61,313 nt of DNA from Acutalibacteraceae bacterium (GTDB lineage: Bacteria; Bacillota; Clostridia; Oscillospirales; Acutalibacteraceae): positions 1-61,313 of the forward strand of contig JAZUIT010000355.1 in assembly GCA_045642385.1 (NCBI GenBank), given 5' to 3'. This document shows, one piece after another, positions 27,099 to 36,331 of this stretch. A program made the translations under genes and the position numbers. Position 1 is the stretch's first letter; each line of letters begins with the position of its first letter. The notes beneath the pieces are model-generated. The model was not told the DNA's origin, did no database searches, and saw only the letters and a list, made by a program, of their open reading frames with translations.

Positions 27099-29417
27099 AT
27101 GGATAATATATTGGAACTGCCGATTTTGGCGTTAAGGGGACTTGTTGTTTTCCCCGGTATGAAAGTGCAGTTTGATGTTGCGAGAAAGAAATCTATGGCG
27201 GCATTGAAATCTGCAATGGATAATGACAGGAAAATATTTTTAGTTACACAGAAAAACATACTTGATGATGACCCGTCACCCGACGAGATTTATCAGGTAG
27301 GTGTTGTTGCGACCGTAAACCAGGTGCATAGAAATTCCAAGGGCGACACGATAAGAGCTTCCGTCGAAGGACTTTGCAGGGCTGAAATTTGCGAAATTTT
27401 GCCTGCAAAGAAATATATGTCGGGTTTTGTAAATGTAATTCCCAAACCCATTGTAACTGATATAAATGAAAATTATTTGACGGCTCTTGCACGAAAAACT
27501 AAGGAGCTGTTTGAAATATATGCCATGAACGCACACACGGTTTCAAAGGAAATTGTGCTGGCTGCGTTTGCTTTGGATGACATTTCCGAGCTTGCAAATT
27601 TTGTTGCAGGTAATATAATGGTTGACTTTTCAAAGAAACAGCTTATTCTTGAAGCGGACAACCCTGTAATTCAACTTGAACTGATTTGTAATCTGCTTGC
27701 AAAGGAAAATGATATTTTGGAACTGGAAGAAGATATTACCGCCAGAGTGGAAGCGCAGATTGACAAAAATCAAAGGGAATATTATCTTCACGAGCAAATG
27801 AAAGCAATTTCTTTGGAGCTTAACGAGGGGGAAAATGTCGAAAGTGAAGTTGACGGCTTTAAGCGTAAAATTAAGGAAGCAAAGCTTTTAGAAAAGTCCG
27901 AAGAAAAGCTTTTAAAAGAGTGCGGCAGGCTTTCTAAATTACAGAGTCACTCACCGGAAGCGGCAGTAATAAGAGGTTATCTTGAAAGCTGTCTTGATAT
28001 TCCGTGGAATAAATATACAAAGGATAAATTAAATATATCCGCCGCAAGAAAAATTCTTGAAAAAGACCATTACGGTATGCAGGATGTTAAGGAAAGGATT
28101 ATAGAACAGTTAGCGGTTAAAAAGCTTTCCCCGGATGTTAAGGGTCAGATTATCTGCCTTGTCGGACCTCCCGGTGTCGGTAAAACCTCCGTTGCAAAGT
28201 CCATAGCAAGGGCAATGGGTAGGAATTTTACCCGAATTTCCCTGGGCGGTGTCCGTGATGAAGCGGAAATCAGAGGTCACAGGAAAACATATATCGGCTC
28301 TATGCCCGGCAGAATCATTGATGCTTTGCAGAAATCCGGCAGTATGAATCCGGTAATTTTACTTGATGAGATTGATAAATTGGGAAATGATATTAAGGGC
28401 GACCCTACATCAGCTTTATTGGAGGTTCTCGATTCCGAACAGAATGTGGGCTTTGTTGACCACTTTATTGAAATTCCCGTTGATTTGAGTGATGTTTTCT
28501 TTATAACAACTGCAAATGACAGGTCACATATACCTGCACCTTTGTACGACCGTATGGAAGTCATAGAAATGTCAAGCTATACTCAGGAGGAAAAATTCCA
28601 TATAGCTAAAAAATATCTCGTTCCCAAGCAGTTGAAGCAGTACGGTCTTACAACAAAACAGATAAAATTTGCCGATGAAGCAATTAAGTTTATAATTGAC
28701 GGCTATACCCGTGAAGCAGGCGTCAGACAGCTTGAAAGGGTTATAGCTAAGGTTTGCAGGAAATCTGCCGTAATTATTGCGGAGGATAAGGCTCAGACTG
28801 TTTCAGTAAAGAAAAATGATATTGTACCCCTTTTGGGTGCTGTTAAATATAAGCGAAACGAGCTTGACGGCAAAAACGAAGTCGGTGTTGTAAACGGGCT
28901 TGCGTGGACTTCCGTAGGCGGCGAGCTGTTGCAGGTTGAGGTTGCGGTACTTAAAGGTACGGGTAAGGTGGAAGCCACCGGTTCTCTGGGTGATGTTATG
29001 AAAGAGTCGGCACAGGCAGCTGTATCTTATGTAAGGAGCAACGCCGACAAGTTCAATATAGAAGATTTATTTTATAAGGAAAAGGATATACATATCCATG
29101 TTCCCGAGGGCGCAGTTCCCAAGGACGGACCCTCCGCCGGTGTCACTATTACAACCGCTATCGTGTCCGCTCTGACGGGAAGACCTGTGCGGCAGGATGT
29201 TGCAATGACGGGTGAAATCACTTTAAGGGGCAGGGTTTTGCCCATAGGCGGTTTAAAGGAAAAATCTATGGCGGCATACAGAGCCGGCATTAAAACAGTT
29301 GTTATCCCCAAGGAAAACGAAGCGGATTTGGAAAAAACCGATGAAGCCGTAAGGAAAAACATCAAATTCGTAACGGCTGAAAATGTTGATACGGTGCTTG
29401 AAACAGCACTTATATAA
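27099..29417 (+). CDS. lon: ATP-dependent protease Lon (LonA type)
   Basis: LON N-domain, Walker A GPPGVGKTS, and protease Ser in PKDGPSAGVT with the downstream K of the Ser-Lys dyad. Confidence 0.95.
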   Translation: MDNILELPILALRGLVVFPGMKVQFDVARKKSMAALKSAMDNDRKIFLVTQKNILDDDPSPDEIYQVGVVATVNQVHRNSKGDTIRASVEGLCRAEICEILPAKKYMSGFVNVIPKPIVTDINENYLTALARKTKELFEIYAMNAHTVSKEIVLAAFALDDISELANFVAGNIMVDFSKKQLILEADNPVIQLELICNLLAKENDILELEEDITARVEAQIDKNQREYYLHEQMKAISLELNEGENVESEVDGFKRKIKEAKLLEKSEEKLLKECGRLSKLQSHSPEAAVIRGYLESCLDIPWNKYTKDKLNISAARKILEKDHYGMQDVKERIIEQLAVKKLSPDVKGQIICLVGPPGVGKTSVAKSIARAMGRNFTRISLGGVRDEAEIRGHRKTYIGSMPGRIIDALQKSGSMNPVILLDEIDKLGNDIKGDPTSALLEVLDSEQNVGFVDHFIEIPVDLSDVFFITTANDRSHIPAPLYDRMEVIEMSSYTQEEKFHIAKKYLVPKQLKQYGLTTKQIKFADEAIKFIIDGYTREAGVRQLERVIAKVCRKSAVIIAEDKAQTVSVKKNDIVPLLGAVKYKRNELDGKNEVGVVNGLAWTSVGGELLQVEVAVLKGTGKVEATGSLGDVMKESAQAAVSYVRSNADKFNIEDLFYKEKDIHIHVPEGAVPKDGPSAGVTITTAIVSALTGRPVRQDVAMTGEITLRGRVLPIGGLKEKSMAAYRAGIKTVVIPKENEADLEKTDEAVRKNIKFVTAENVDTVLETALI

Positions 29418-29432
29418 GGAAACGGTGTTGAA

Positions 29433-30017
29433 ATGAATTTTAATGCTACTGAATTTGAGGCAGCTTTCGGCACATTTGACCAGTTGCCGCAGTCCACTGT
29501 TCCGGAAATAGCCTTTTCCGGCAGGTCAAATGTGGGTAAATCCTCTTTGATGAATAAGCTTGTAAACCGTAAAAATCTTGCGAGAGTAAGCTCTGTACCC
29601 GGGAAAACAATTACCATAAATTTTTTTAAGTGTCAGGGTATAAGGCTTGTGGATTTGCCCGGTTACGGCTATGCAAAGGTGTCTTTTTCGGAGAAAAAAA
29701 GATGGGCTGAGATGATGGAGGGCTATTTTTCATCAGACAGAAATATAAAGCTTGTGGTTCAGCTTGCGGATATGCGTCATCCTCTCACCGAGGATGACAG
29801 GTCGATGATTGAATATCTTGAATATAACGGTATTCCATACATTATAGCTCTGACAAAAAGCGATAAGCTTAAAAAAACCGAAAGACAAAAAAGAGTTATG
29901 GAGTTAGCTCAGGAATTACTTGATTTTAAAAAGGCTGTTTTTATACCCTGCTCCGCACAAAACGGTGAGGGAATTGAAGAACTGAAAAAAATAATAGAAG
30001 ATTATTCTGCGAGGTAA
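29433..30017 (+). CDS. engB: Ribosome biogenesis GTPase YsxC/EngB
   Basis: GRSNVGKSSL G1 motif, DLPGYGYA G3 motif, and TKSDK G4 motif. Confidence 0.93.
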   Translation: MNFNATEFEAAFGTFDQLPQSTVPEIAFSGRSNVGKSSLMNKLVNRKNLARVSSVPGKTITINFFKCQGIRLVDLPGYGYAKVSFSEKKRWAEMMEGYFSSDRNIKLVVQLADMRHPLTEDDRSMIEYLEYNGIPYIIALTKSDKLKKTERQKRVMELAQELLDFKKAVFIPCSAQNGEGIEELKKIIEDYSAR

Positions 30018-30020
30018 AAA

Positions 30021-31316
30021 ATGTTTGTATCTGACTGTATAGGAATTAATGAATTAGGGCATCTCACAATTGGTGACTGCGATACTGTTGAAATTGCAAA
30101 ATACGGTACCCCGGTAATCGTATATGACGAAAACGAAATCAGGAAAAATTGCCGTGCTTTTGTTAAATCTATTGAGGAAAACTATGACGGCAACGGCAGA
30201 GTTGTCTATGCTTCCAAGGCGTTTTCCTGCCTTGAAATGGCAAGAATTTGCAATCAGGAGGGTTTAGGACTTGATGTTGTTTCCGGCGGTGAGTTATATA
30301 CCGCATTGAAAGCAGGTTTTCCGGCGGACAGGATTTATTTTCACGGTAACAACAAAAGCCTTGCAGAATTGGAAGAAGCACTTAATGCTGATGTCGGCAG
30401 AATTGTTGTGGACAATCTTACTGAGCTTAAAACTTTATCAGCGCTTGCAAAACAGCTTAAAAAGACCGCTGATATTTATTTGAGAATTAAACCGGGTATT
30501 GATGCCCATACCCATAATTTTATCAGAACAGGTCAGATTGATTCAAAATTCGGCTTTGCTTTGGAAACCGGTGAGGCTATGGAAGCTGTTACTATGGCTA
30601 TATCCTGCGAAAATATTAATCTCAAAGGTCTTCACTGCCATATAGGCTCTCAGATTTTTGAAACAGATCCGTTTAAATTAGCCGCAGAGGTTATGATAGA
30701 TTTTATTTCCGAAATTAAAAAGAAAACCGGTGTCACAATAAAAGAGCTTGATTTAGGCGGCGGCTTCGGTATAAAATACAAAGAAGATGACAAGGCTTTA
30801 CCGTATGAGGTATATATGAAAAATGTGGCTTCTGTCATAAAAGACAAATGTGACAGGGAGAATTTGAGAGTTCCTTTTATTATTATTGAGCCGGGTCGCT
30901 CCATTGTCGGTGCGGCAGGTATAACACTTTACACGGTGGGAAATGTGAAGGATATTCCCAATGTGAGAAAATATGTTGCTATTGACGGCGGTATGGCTGA
31001 TAACCCCCGATATATTTTATATCAGGCAGAATATGAGGCTGTCTGTGCAAACAGAGCTGCTTTGCCAAAGGATGATTGTGTTACAATTGCCGGTAAATGC
31101 TGTGAAAGCGGAGATTTAATTCAGGAAAACATGGTGTTACAGAATGTGAATCCCGGTGATGTGGTTGCCGTACTTTCAACAGGTGCATATAATTATTCTA
31201 TGGCATCTAATTATAATCGGCTTGTAAAACCACCGGTAGTTATGGTAAATAATGGTAAAGCTCGCATAATTATAAAAAAAGAGAGCTACGATGATTTAAT
31301 CAGAAACGACATTTGA
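30021..31316 (+). CDS. lysA: Diaminopimelate decarboxylase
   Basis: PLP-lysine context YASKAF, HCHIGSQ, GGGFG and CESGD. Confidence 0.93.
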   Translation: MFVSDCIGINELGHLTIGDCDTVEIAKYGTPVIVYDENEIRKNCRAFVKSIEENYDGNGRVVYASKAFSCLEMARICNQEGLGLDVVSGGELYTALKAGFPADRIYFHGNNKSLAELEEALNADVGRIVVDNLTELKTLSALAKQLKKTADIYLRIKPGIDAHTHNFIRTGQIDSKFGFALETGEAMEAVTMAISCENINLKGLHCHIGSQIFETDPFKLAAEVMIDFISEIKKKTGVTIKELDLGGGFGIKYKEDDKALPYEVYMKNVASVIKDKCDRENLRVPFIIIEPGRSIVGAAGITLYTVGNVKDIPNVRKYVAIDGGMADNPRYILYQAEYEAVCANRAALPKDDCVTIAGKCCESGDLIQENMVLQNVNPGDVVAVLSTGAYNYSMASNYNRLVKPPVVMVNNGKARIIIKKESYDDLIRNDI

Positions 31317-31330
31317 GGAGGCAAGAAAAT

Positions 31331-32746
31331 ATGATTAAATTCGGTACAGGCGGCTGGAGAGCCGTAATAGGTGATGATTTTGTAAAGGAAAATATCTGTC
31401 TTGTGGCACAGGGATTATCAAATATGATAATCGAGGATAATAAGACGGATAAACCTATCGTAATAGGGTATGACAGGAGATTTTTGTCGGACAATGCCGC
31501 AAAATGGTTTGCCGAAGTTGTTTCCGCTAACGGTATTAAGGTGATTTTCATAAACAGGAGCGCACCCACACCCCTTGTAATGCACACTGTTAAAAAACAA
31601 AAATTACATTTCGGTGTGGAAATTACCGCAAGTCATAACCCATCAGAGTATAACGGTATAAAAATTATTATTGAAGAGGGCAGAGATGCCTCACTTGAAG
31701 TTACACAAAGGCTGGAAAGGATTATAGCTTTACTTAAAATAGATGATGTAAAGCTGAACAACTTTACACAAGCGAAAGAAAACGGAATGATAGTAACAGC
31801 TAAAAATCCTTTCAATGATTTTCTTGATGATATTTTAGATTTGCTTGACACAGATGCTATACGCGAAAGAGGTTTGAGAATTGCGTTTGACCCTATGCAC
31901 GGGTCAGGAACATACCCGTTAATGGTAATTTTCCATACAACCCGTTGCACAGTTGATATTATAAATTCGGATAAGGATGCATATTTCGGCGGTAAGATGC
32001 CGGCTCCTACGGAAAACACACTGAGTGATTTATCAGAAAAAGTGCTTGCCGGTGGTTATGACCTTGGTATCGGCGTTGACGGTGACGGGGACAGATTGGG
32101 TATACTTGACTCCAACGGCAGATACATCAGTGCAAACGAAATTTTAGTTTTGCTTTACTATTATCTTCACGAATATAAGGGTTGGAAAGGTCCCGTTGTA
32201 AGAAATCTTGCAACAACTCATATGCTTGACAAGGTCGCCGAGTCATTTGGTGAAAAATGCTACGAAGTACCGGTTGGTTTTAAATACATCTCCTCAAAGC
32301 TTGACGAGGTGGACGCTGTTTTGGGCGGTGAGTCCTCCGGCGGTCTTACGGTACGTGGACATATTTACGGCAAAGACTCCATTTATGCCGCATCATTGTT
32401 CGCTGAAATGGTTAGTGTTATAGGCAAAACACCGTCGGAAATTATTGATGAAATGACGAAAAAGTTCGGTAAATATGAAATGGTTGAATATAATCTCAGG
32501 TTTGACCCCGAGTATAAGCCGGAAATTCAGAGAATTGTTTTTGAAGAAAAACAAATTCCCGAATTTTCAAAGAAGGTTACAAAGGTAGGCTATGAGGACG
32601 GCTGTAAGGTCTATTTCGAAGACGGAGGCTTTATTATCTGCCGTTTCTCAGGTACAGAGCCGCTTCTCAGAATTTTTGCAGAGGCAGACAATAAAGAAAC
32701 TGCGCAGGGATTTATTGATGCATTTAAAAAGCTTCTGAAATTATAA
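31331..32746 (+). CDS. Phosphoglucomutase/phosphomannomutase family protein
   Basis: Phosphoserine loop TASHNPSEYNGIK, metal loop GVDGDGDR, and GGESSGG sugar-binding loop. GAGGAGG lies 9 nt before ATG 31331. Confidence 0.87.
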   Translation: MIKFGTGGWRAVIGDDFVKENICLVAQGLSNMIIEDNKTDKPIVIGYDRRFLSDNAAKWFAEVVSANGIKVIFINRSAPTPLVMHTVKKQKLHFGVEITASHNPSEYNGIKIIIEEGRDASLEVTQRLERIIALLKIDDVKLNNFTQAKENGMIVTAKNPFNDFLDDILDLLDTDAIRERGLRIAFDPMHGSGTYPLMVIFHTTRCTVDIINSDKDAYFGGKMPAPTENTLSDLSEKVLAGGYDLGIGVDGDGDRLGILDSNGRYISANEILVLLYYYLHEYKGWKGPVVRNLATTHMLDKVAESFGEKCYEVPVGFKYISSKLDEVDAVLGGESSGGLTVRGHIYGKDSIYAASLFAEMVSVIGKTPSEIIDEMTKKFGKYEMVEYNLRFDPEYKPEIQRIVFEEKQIPEFSKKVTKVGYEDGCKVYFEDGGFIICRFSGTEPLLRIFAEADNKETAQGFIDAFKKLLKL

Positions 32747-32773
32747 GCGGAAAGTCTGCACTTGTGTATACAA

Positions 32774-32815
32774 ATTAAAACAGATGTGGGCTTTGCCCAC
32801 CCTTAACTCATAATT
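32774..32815 (-). repeat. Copy A of a GC-rich hairpin intergenic element (minus orientation)
   Basis: The reverse complement reads AATTATGAGTTAAGGGTGGGCAAAGCCCACATCTGTTTTAATT. It aligns with copy B at 35121-35170. Confidence 0.7.
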
Positions 32816-32821
32816 AAAAAA

Positions 32822-32850
32822 AGCACCTGCCTTTCAGCAAGTGCTTTTTG
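32822..32850. terminator. Bidirectional terminator between pgm (+) and the 94-aa gene (-)
   Basis: A-run, AGCACCTGC-ctttca-GCAAGTGCT hairpin (one mismatch), then a T-run. Confidence 0.75.
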
Positions 32851-32858
32851 TTTTTAAA

Positions 32859-33143
32859 TTACTGTGCAAGAGCTTTTTCAAGCCAGATTGAACCGATATC
32901 AAGAGCGGCGTACAAGCCTTTCTTTTCGCTGTTTTTGACAATCTGCTCAGCAAGTGAAAGGGAAGTATCCGTATTAATCAACTGAACAATAACTTTATCC
33001 GCAACCTCAACATCTTCAATTTTTTTAGTGGACATAATTCTCAAAACAAGAACAAATTTGTCGTTGGGATAACCGTAATAAATCATATTTCCGCAACGGA
33101 CGAGAGGGCGTCCCTTAAAAGTCAGAAATTTTTCTTTTGCCAT
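32859..33143 (-). CDS. Small hypothetical protein (94 aa) co-transcribed with ireB
   Basis: The ORF lies 21 nt downstream of ireB on the same strand. I recognise no motif. Confidence 0.5.
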   Translation of the reverse strand: MAKEKFLTFKGRPLVRCGNMIYYGYPNDKFVLVLRIMSTKKIEDVEVADKVIVQLINTDTSLSLAEQIVKNSEKKGLYAALDIGSIWLEKALAQ

Positions 33144-33164
33144 TTTAAAAATCCTCCGATAATA

Positions 33165-33410
33165 TTATAAGTCCAAATAGTTTTTAACAAGAACGCTTAA
33201 AAGCTCATCACGGTCAATCCGTCTTATAAGGCTTCTTGCATTCTTATGTGTGGTGATATATGTGGGGTCCTCAGATAAAATGTAGCCCACAATCTGGCTG
33301 ATGGGATTATATCCTTTTTCCTGCAAAGCACCGTAAACCTCCTGAAGAATGGATTTTGTTTCCGATTCAGAGTTCTTTTTCAAGGAAAAGGTCATGGTTT
33401 TATCAGTCAT
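33165..33410 (-). CDS. ireB: IreB family regulatory phosphoprotein (UPF0297/YrzL)
   Basis: MTDKTMTF... then [39 protein letters not shown] is the UPF0297 signature. GGAGG lies 8 nt before ATG 33410. Confidence 0.82.
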   Translation of the reverse strand: MTDKTMTFSLKKNSESETKSILQEVYGALQEKGYNPISQIVGYILSEDPTYITTHKNARSLIRRIDRDELLSVLVKNYLDL

Positions 33411-33572
33411 ATTACGCACCTCCAAACTAATTATACAAATATATTATACTATATTTTTTACATTAAAACAATAGCAAAAGCATAAAATTTTTAAGAAATT
33501 AATGATATTATTTCGCAATTGTGCTACAATATACTACATAAATATGTAAAAAATCTGACAAAAGGTGATAAT

Positions 33573-35111
33573 ATGAAAGTTTTAACAGTGGAACAGATGA
33601 AGTCAGCAGAAAATGAAGCCAATATGGAGGGTATGTCATTTATCCAGATGATGGAAAATGCTGGCTCAGGATGTGCAAAGTACATAAAAGAGGTTATGAA
33701 AATCGAAAGCGGTAATTATACTAAGGCTACCGTTTTGTGCGGAGGCGGTAAAAATGCAGGTGACGGATTGGTAATTGCAAGAAAATTAAAGCATTACGGC
33801 TGTGATGTTAATGTTATATTTTTTACCGAAAGACTCAAATCCCGTGAAAGTGTGGAAATGTATAACAGAGCTAATAATCTTGATATCAATTTTGTCAAAT
33901 ATACTTCTTCTACCGTAGAAGCCGACAGAGAAATTATTAATTCCGATATAATAGTTGATGCAATTTTCGGAATCGGCTTTGAAGGTAATCCCGATGTGTA
34001 TTTTGAAAATATTTTCAGAAAAATCAACAGTACAAAGGGTACAATATTTTCCGTTGATGTTCCGAGTGCTTTGCCGATTAATCCTGATGAGTGCGAATAC
34101 GAATATATTCAGGCTGATTTTACCCTTGCAATTGAAGCGTTAAAGCCTGTACATCTTATGAATGTCAGTAAAATCGGTATTGTAAAGGTAATAGAAATAG
34201 GAATACCGGGATATTGTTTTCCCCATAATGTTGCAAATGTGGAAATACCCGGCGTCGAGGGAATAAAATCCGTATTGCCCGTAAAATCCGAAAATGCGCA
34301 TAAGGGTAATTTTGGTAAAGCGGTAATAATTGCCGGTTCTTTGGAATTTCAAGGTGCGGCAACTTTGGCTGCAAATGCCTGTGTAAAGAGCGGTGCCGGG
34401 CTTGTCAGAATTATCTGTCCCAGCAAAATTTACTGTGCCGTTGCACCAAAAGTTACGGAGCCGATAATGTTGCCTGTAAAGACAAATGCTTACGGGGGTA
34501 TATCCGTTGATGCCATTGACGAAATTTTGGACGAAATTGAAAATGCGGATGCGGTTTTAATCGGTTGCGGTATGGGTAATACTCCGGATACTGCGGAAAT
34601 AGTTGAAGCTGTGATAAAAAATGCAGAATGTCCCGTAATTGTTGATGCGGACGGAATAAATGCAATTTCTCAGAATACAGATATATTAAACGAAGCAAAC
34701 TGTAAGGTGATTTTGACTCCTCATCCCGGAGAAATGACAAGGCTTACGGGTGAACCTGTCGATGTAACTGTTTCCGACAGAATTATGACAGCTTTGAAAT
34801 TCACGGAAAATTATGATGTTACATTAGCTTTAAAGGGTGCTGATACCATTGTTGTTCAACAGGGAAATTATCCGGTGTTTATCAATACAACCGGCAACAA
34901 CGGTATGGCGACAGGGGGCAGCGGCGATGTTCTTGCAGGAATTATTACAGCTCTTGTGGCACAGGGTACTCAAACCTACGAAGCTGCCGCCGCCGGTGTA
35001 TTTATTCACGGCTATGCCGGGGACAGCTATGCACGAAAATTTTCAAGGCGCGGTCTGACACCGACCGGATTAATAAACGAATTACCCGAAGTGCTTGCGG
35101 ATTTTGAATGA
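33573..35111 (+). CDS. nnr: Bifunctional NAD(P)H-hydrate repair enzyme Nnr (epimerase + ADP-dependent dehydratase)
   Basis: YjeF_N motif CGGGKNAGDG, a carbohydrate-kinase-like C-terminal domain, and GSGDVLAG. Confidence 0.9.
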   Translation: MKVLTVEQMKSAENEANMEGMSFIQMMENAGSGCAKYIKEVMKIESGNYTKATVLCGGGKNAGDGLVIARKLKHYGCDVNVIFFTERLKSRESVEMYNRANNLDINFVKYTSSTVEADREIINSDIIVDAIFGIGFEGNPDVYFENIFRKINSTKGTIFSVDVPSALPINPDECEYEYIQADFTLAIEALKPVHLMNVSKIGIVKVIEIGIPGYCFPHNVANVEIPGVEGIKSVLPVKSENAHKGNFGKAVIIAGSLEFQGAATLAANACVKSGAGLVRIICPSKIYCAVAPKVTEPIMLPVKTNAYGGISVDAIDEILDEIENADAVLIGCGMGNTPDTAEIVEAVIKNAECPVIVDADGINAISQNTDILNEANCKVILTPHPGEMTRLTGEPVDVTVSDRIMTALKFTENYDVTLALKGADTIVVQQGNYPVFINTTGNNGMATGGSGDVLAGIITALVAQGTQTYEAAAAGVFIHGYAGDSYARKFSRRGLTPTGLINELPEVLADFE

Positions 35112-35120
35112 TTATTCAGT

Positions 35121-35170
35121 GAGGAGTTAGGAGTTGAGGGTGGGCAAAGCCCACACCCGATTTTAATTAT
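35121..35170 (+). repeat. Copy B of the GC-rich hairpin intergenic element
   Basis: GAGGAGTTAGGAGTTGAGGGTGGGCAAAGCCCACACCCGATTTTAATTAT. It contains the hairpin GTGGGC-aaa-GCCCAC and a tandem GGAGTT(A/G) on its 5' side. Confidence 0.7.
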
Positions 35171-35251
35171 TATATCTAAGTCTAATGAATTGCCGCACCT
35201 GTTACAGAGATTCGCAATGATTGATTTTTATTGATAATTTGGGGGTATTCT

Positions 35252-35734
35252 TTGAAAAAGATTTTTTCCGTTCTGTTAGTATTTTTAATCCTGTCCGGTT
35301 GTACGGCACAAAGCAAAGTTTTAACGGCGGATATTCCGTTAGCGTTTTCGGCTGATTTTTCATATAATGAGTTTGGCGGAAAACTGACAAGAACTATGGA
35401 CGGTAAAATGAAATTTATCTATACAAAACCCGACAGCATAAATGGTATGCAAGTATATTTTTCTCAGGGAAAATGCCTTGTTACATATAAGGGTATGAAA
35501 TACGGCTGTCAGGCGGAAAAATATCCGCAAAGCTCCGTTTTAAGAAAAGTTTCAAATGTATTTTCTCAAGTTTCAATTGACAAAGACAGTATAAAAGTTA
35601 CAAAGCTTGACAAAAATCTTATATGTAAAGGTAACAGCTTTACAATAATTCAAGACTGTAAAGACAAAAACATAACAGAAATTAAAATCAACTCTGATAC
35701 AGTGAAGCTTAATAACTTTACGAAAATAAAATAA
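35252..35734 (+). CDS. Putative lipoprotein (hypothetical)
   Basis: Signal peptide with lipobox (KKIFSVLLVFLILSGC). TTG 35252 follows GGGGG and is preferred over the upstream start at 35231. Confidence 0.6.
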   Translation: MKKIFSVLLVFLILSGCTAQSKVLTADIPLAFSADFSYNEFGGKLTRTMDGKMKFIYTKPDSINGMQVYFSQGKCLVTYKGMKYGCQAEKYPQSSVLRKVSNVFSQVSIDKDSIKVTKLDKNLICKGNSFTIIQDCKDKNITEIKINSDTVKLNNFTKIK

Positions 35735-35804
35735 ATATTTATGATTATTCCGACATTTCATTGGCAAAAATAATATTGTCAAAAGAAATTCGGAGAGTGA
35801 TAAA

Positions 35805-36149
35805 ATGACAGTAAGACGAGGAGAAATCTACTATGCTGATTTAAGCCCCGTTGTAGGTTCGGAGCAAGGCGGTTTCAGACCGGTACTTATAGTACAAAAC
35901 GATGTCGGAAATAAATACAGCCCCACAGTTATAGCGGCGGCAATCACAAGTCAGAGATTTAAAACAAAATTACCTACACATATTCAGGTTAATGCCGATG
36001 AGTGCGGTTTATCAAAGGATTCAATAGTTTTGCTTGAACAGGTGAGAACTCTTGACAAAAGAAGATTAAAGGAAAGAATGGGCAACCTTGATTTAAACGA
36101 TATGACAAGAATTGACCGGGCGTTACTGTTGAGTTTAGGAATACATTAA
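35805..36149 (+). CDS. mazF: Type II toxin, PemK/MazF family endoribonuclease (EndoA/NdoA orthologue)
   Basis: RRGEIYYADLSPVVGSEQGGFRPVLIVQNDVGN...KLPTHIQV...SIVLLEQVRTLDKRRL, which I estimate by eye at about 60% identical to my recollection of B. subtilis EndoA. Confidence 0.9.
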   Translation: MTVRRGEIYYADLSPVVGSEQGGFRPVLIVQNDVGNKYSPTVIAAAITSQRFKTKLPTHIQVNADECGLSKDSIVLLEQVRTLDKRRLKERMGNLDLNDMTRIDRALLLSLGIH

Positions 36150-36175
36150 TAAAAAAATTCAAAGCTTTGCACGGG

Positions 36176-36204
36176 TTGACAATATATTAATTATACTATA
36201 TAAT
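36176..36204 (+). promoter_or_regulatory. Consensus sigma-A promoter driving the ZTP riboswitch leader
   Basis: TTGACA (36176-36181), 17-nt spacer, TATAAT (36199-36204). Confidence 0.8.
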
Positions 36205-36207
36205 GTA

Positions 36208-36311
36208 GTCGTCTTGTTACTGACGGGTAGCAGATAACTGCATGGGAGCAAGATGAATTTATGCCGACCGTCTGGGCGCAGTTAAGAAGCGTGCTTAACT
36301 GCGTCCTTTTG
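36208..36311 (+). promoter_or_regulatory. ZTP (pfl-motif) riboswitch with intrinsic-terminator expression platform
   Basis: P1 is GTCTTG (36211-16) / CAAGAT (36249-54). Conserved ACUGACGG at 36219-26. P2 is GCAG-auaa-CUGC. UGGGAGC at 36243-49. The 3' module CCGACCGUCUGGGCG (36264-78) has CCGUC complementary to GACGG, a covarying pseudoknot. The terminator GCGCAGTTAAG-aagcgtg-CTTAACTGCG + CCTTTT overlaps the 3' module. Confidence 0.82.
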
Positions 36312-36331
36312 TGGTTTAAGGAGGAAAAATT

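Noticed and set aside
29072-29617. A 181-aa minus-strand ORF antisense to the lon 3' end and engB 5' end
   Set aside because: It is entirely antisense to two strongly supported genes, has low-complexity composition, and has no RBS or motif. It is a typical shadow ORF. The same reasoning applies to 20947-21417(-), 56687-57154(-), 4155-4640(-), 51505-51918(-) and the other short antisense ORFs in the track.
35741-35773. A 10-codon ATG ORF in the gap upstream of mazF as a possible mini-antitoxin
   Set aside because: It is too short for any known MazE/RHH/AbrB fold, has no RBS, and is not overlapping or coupled with the toxin start.
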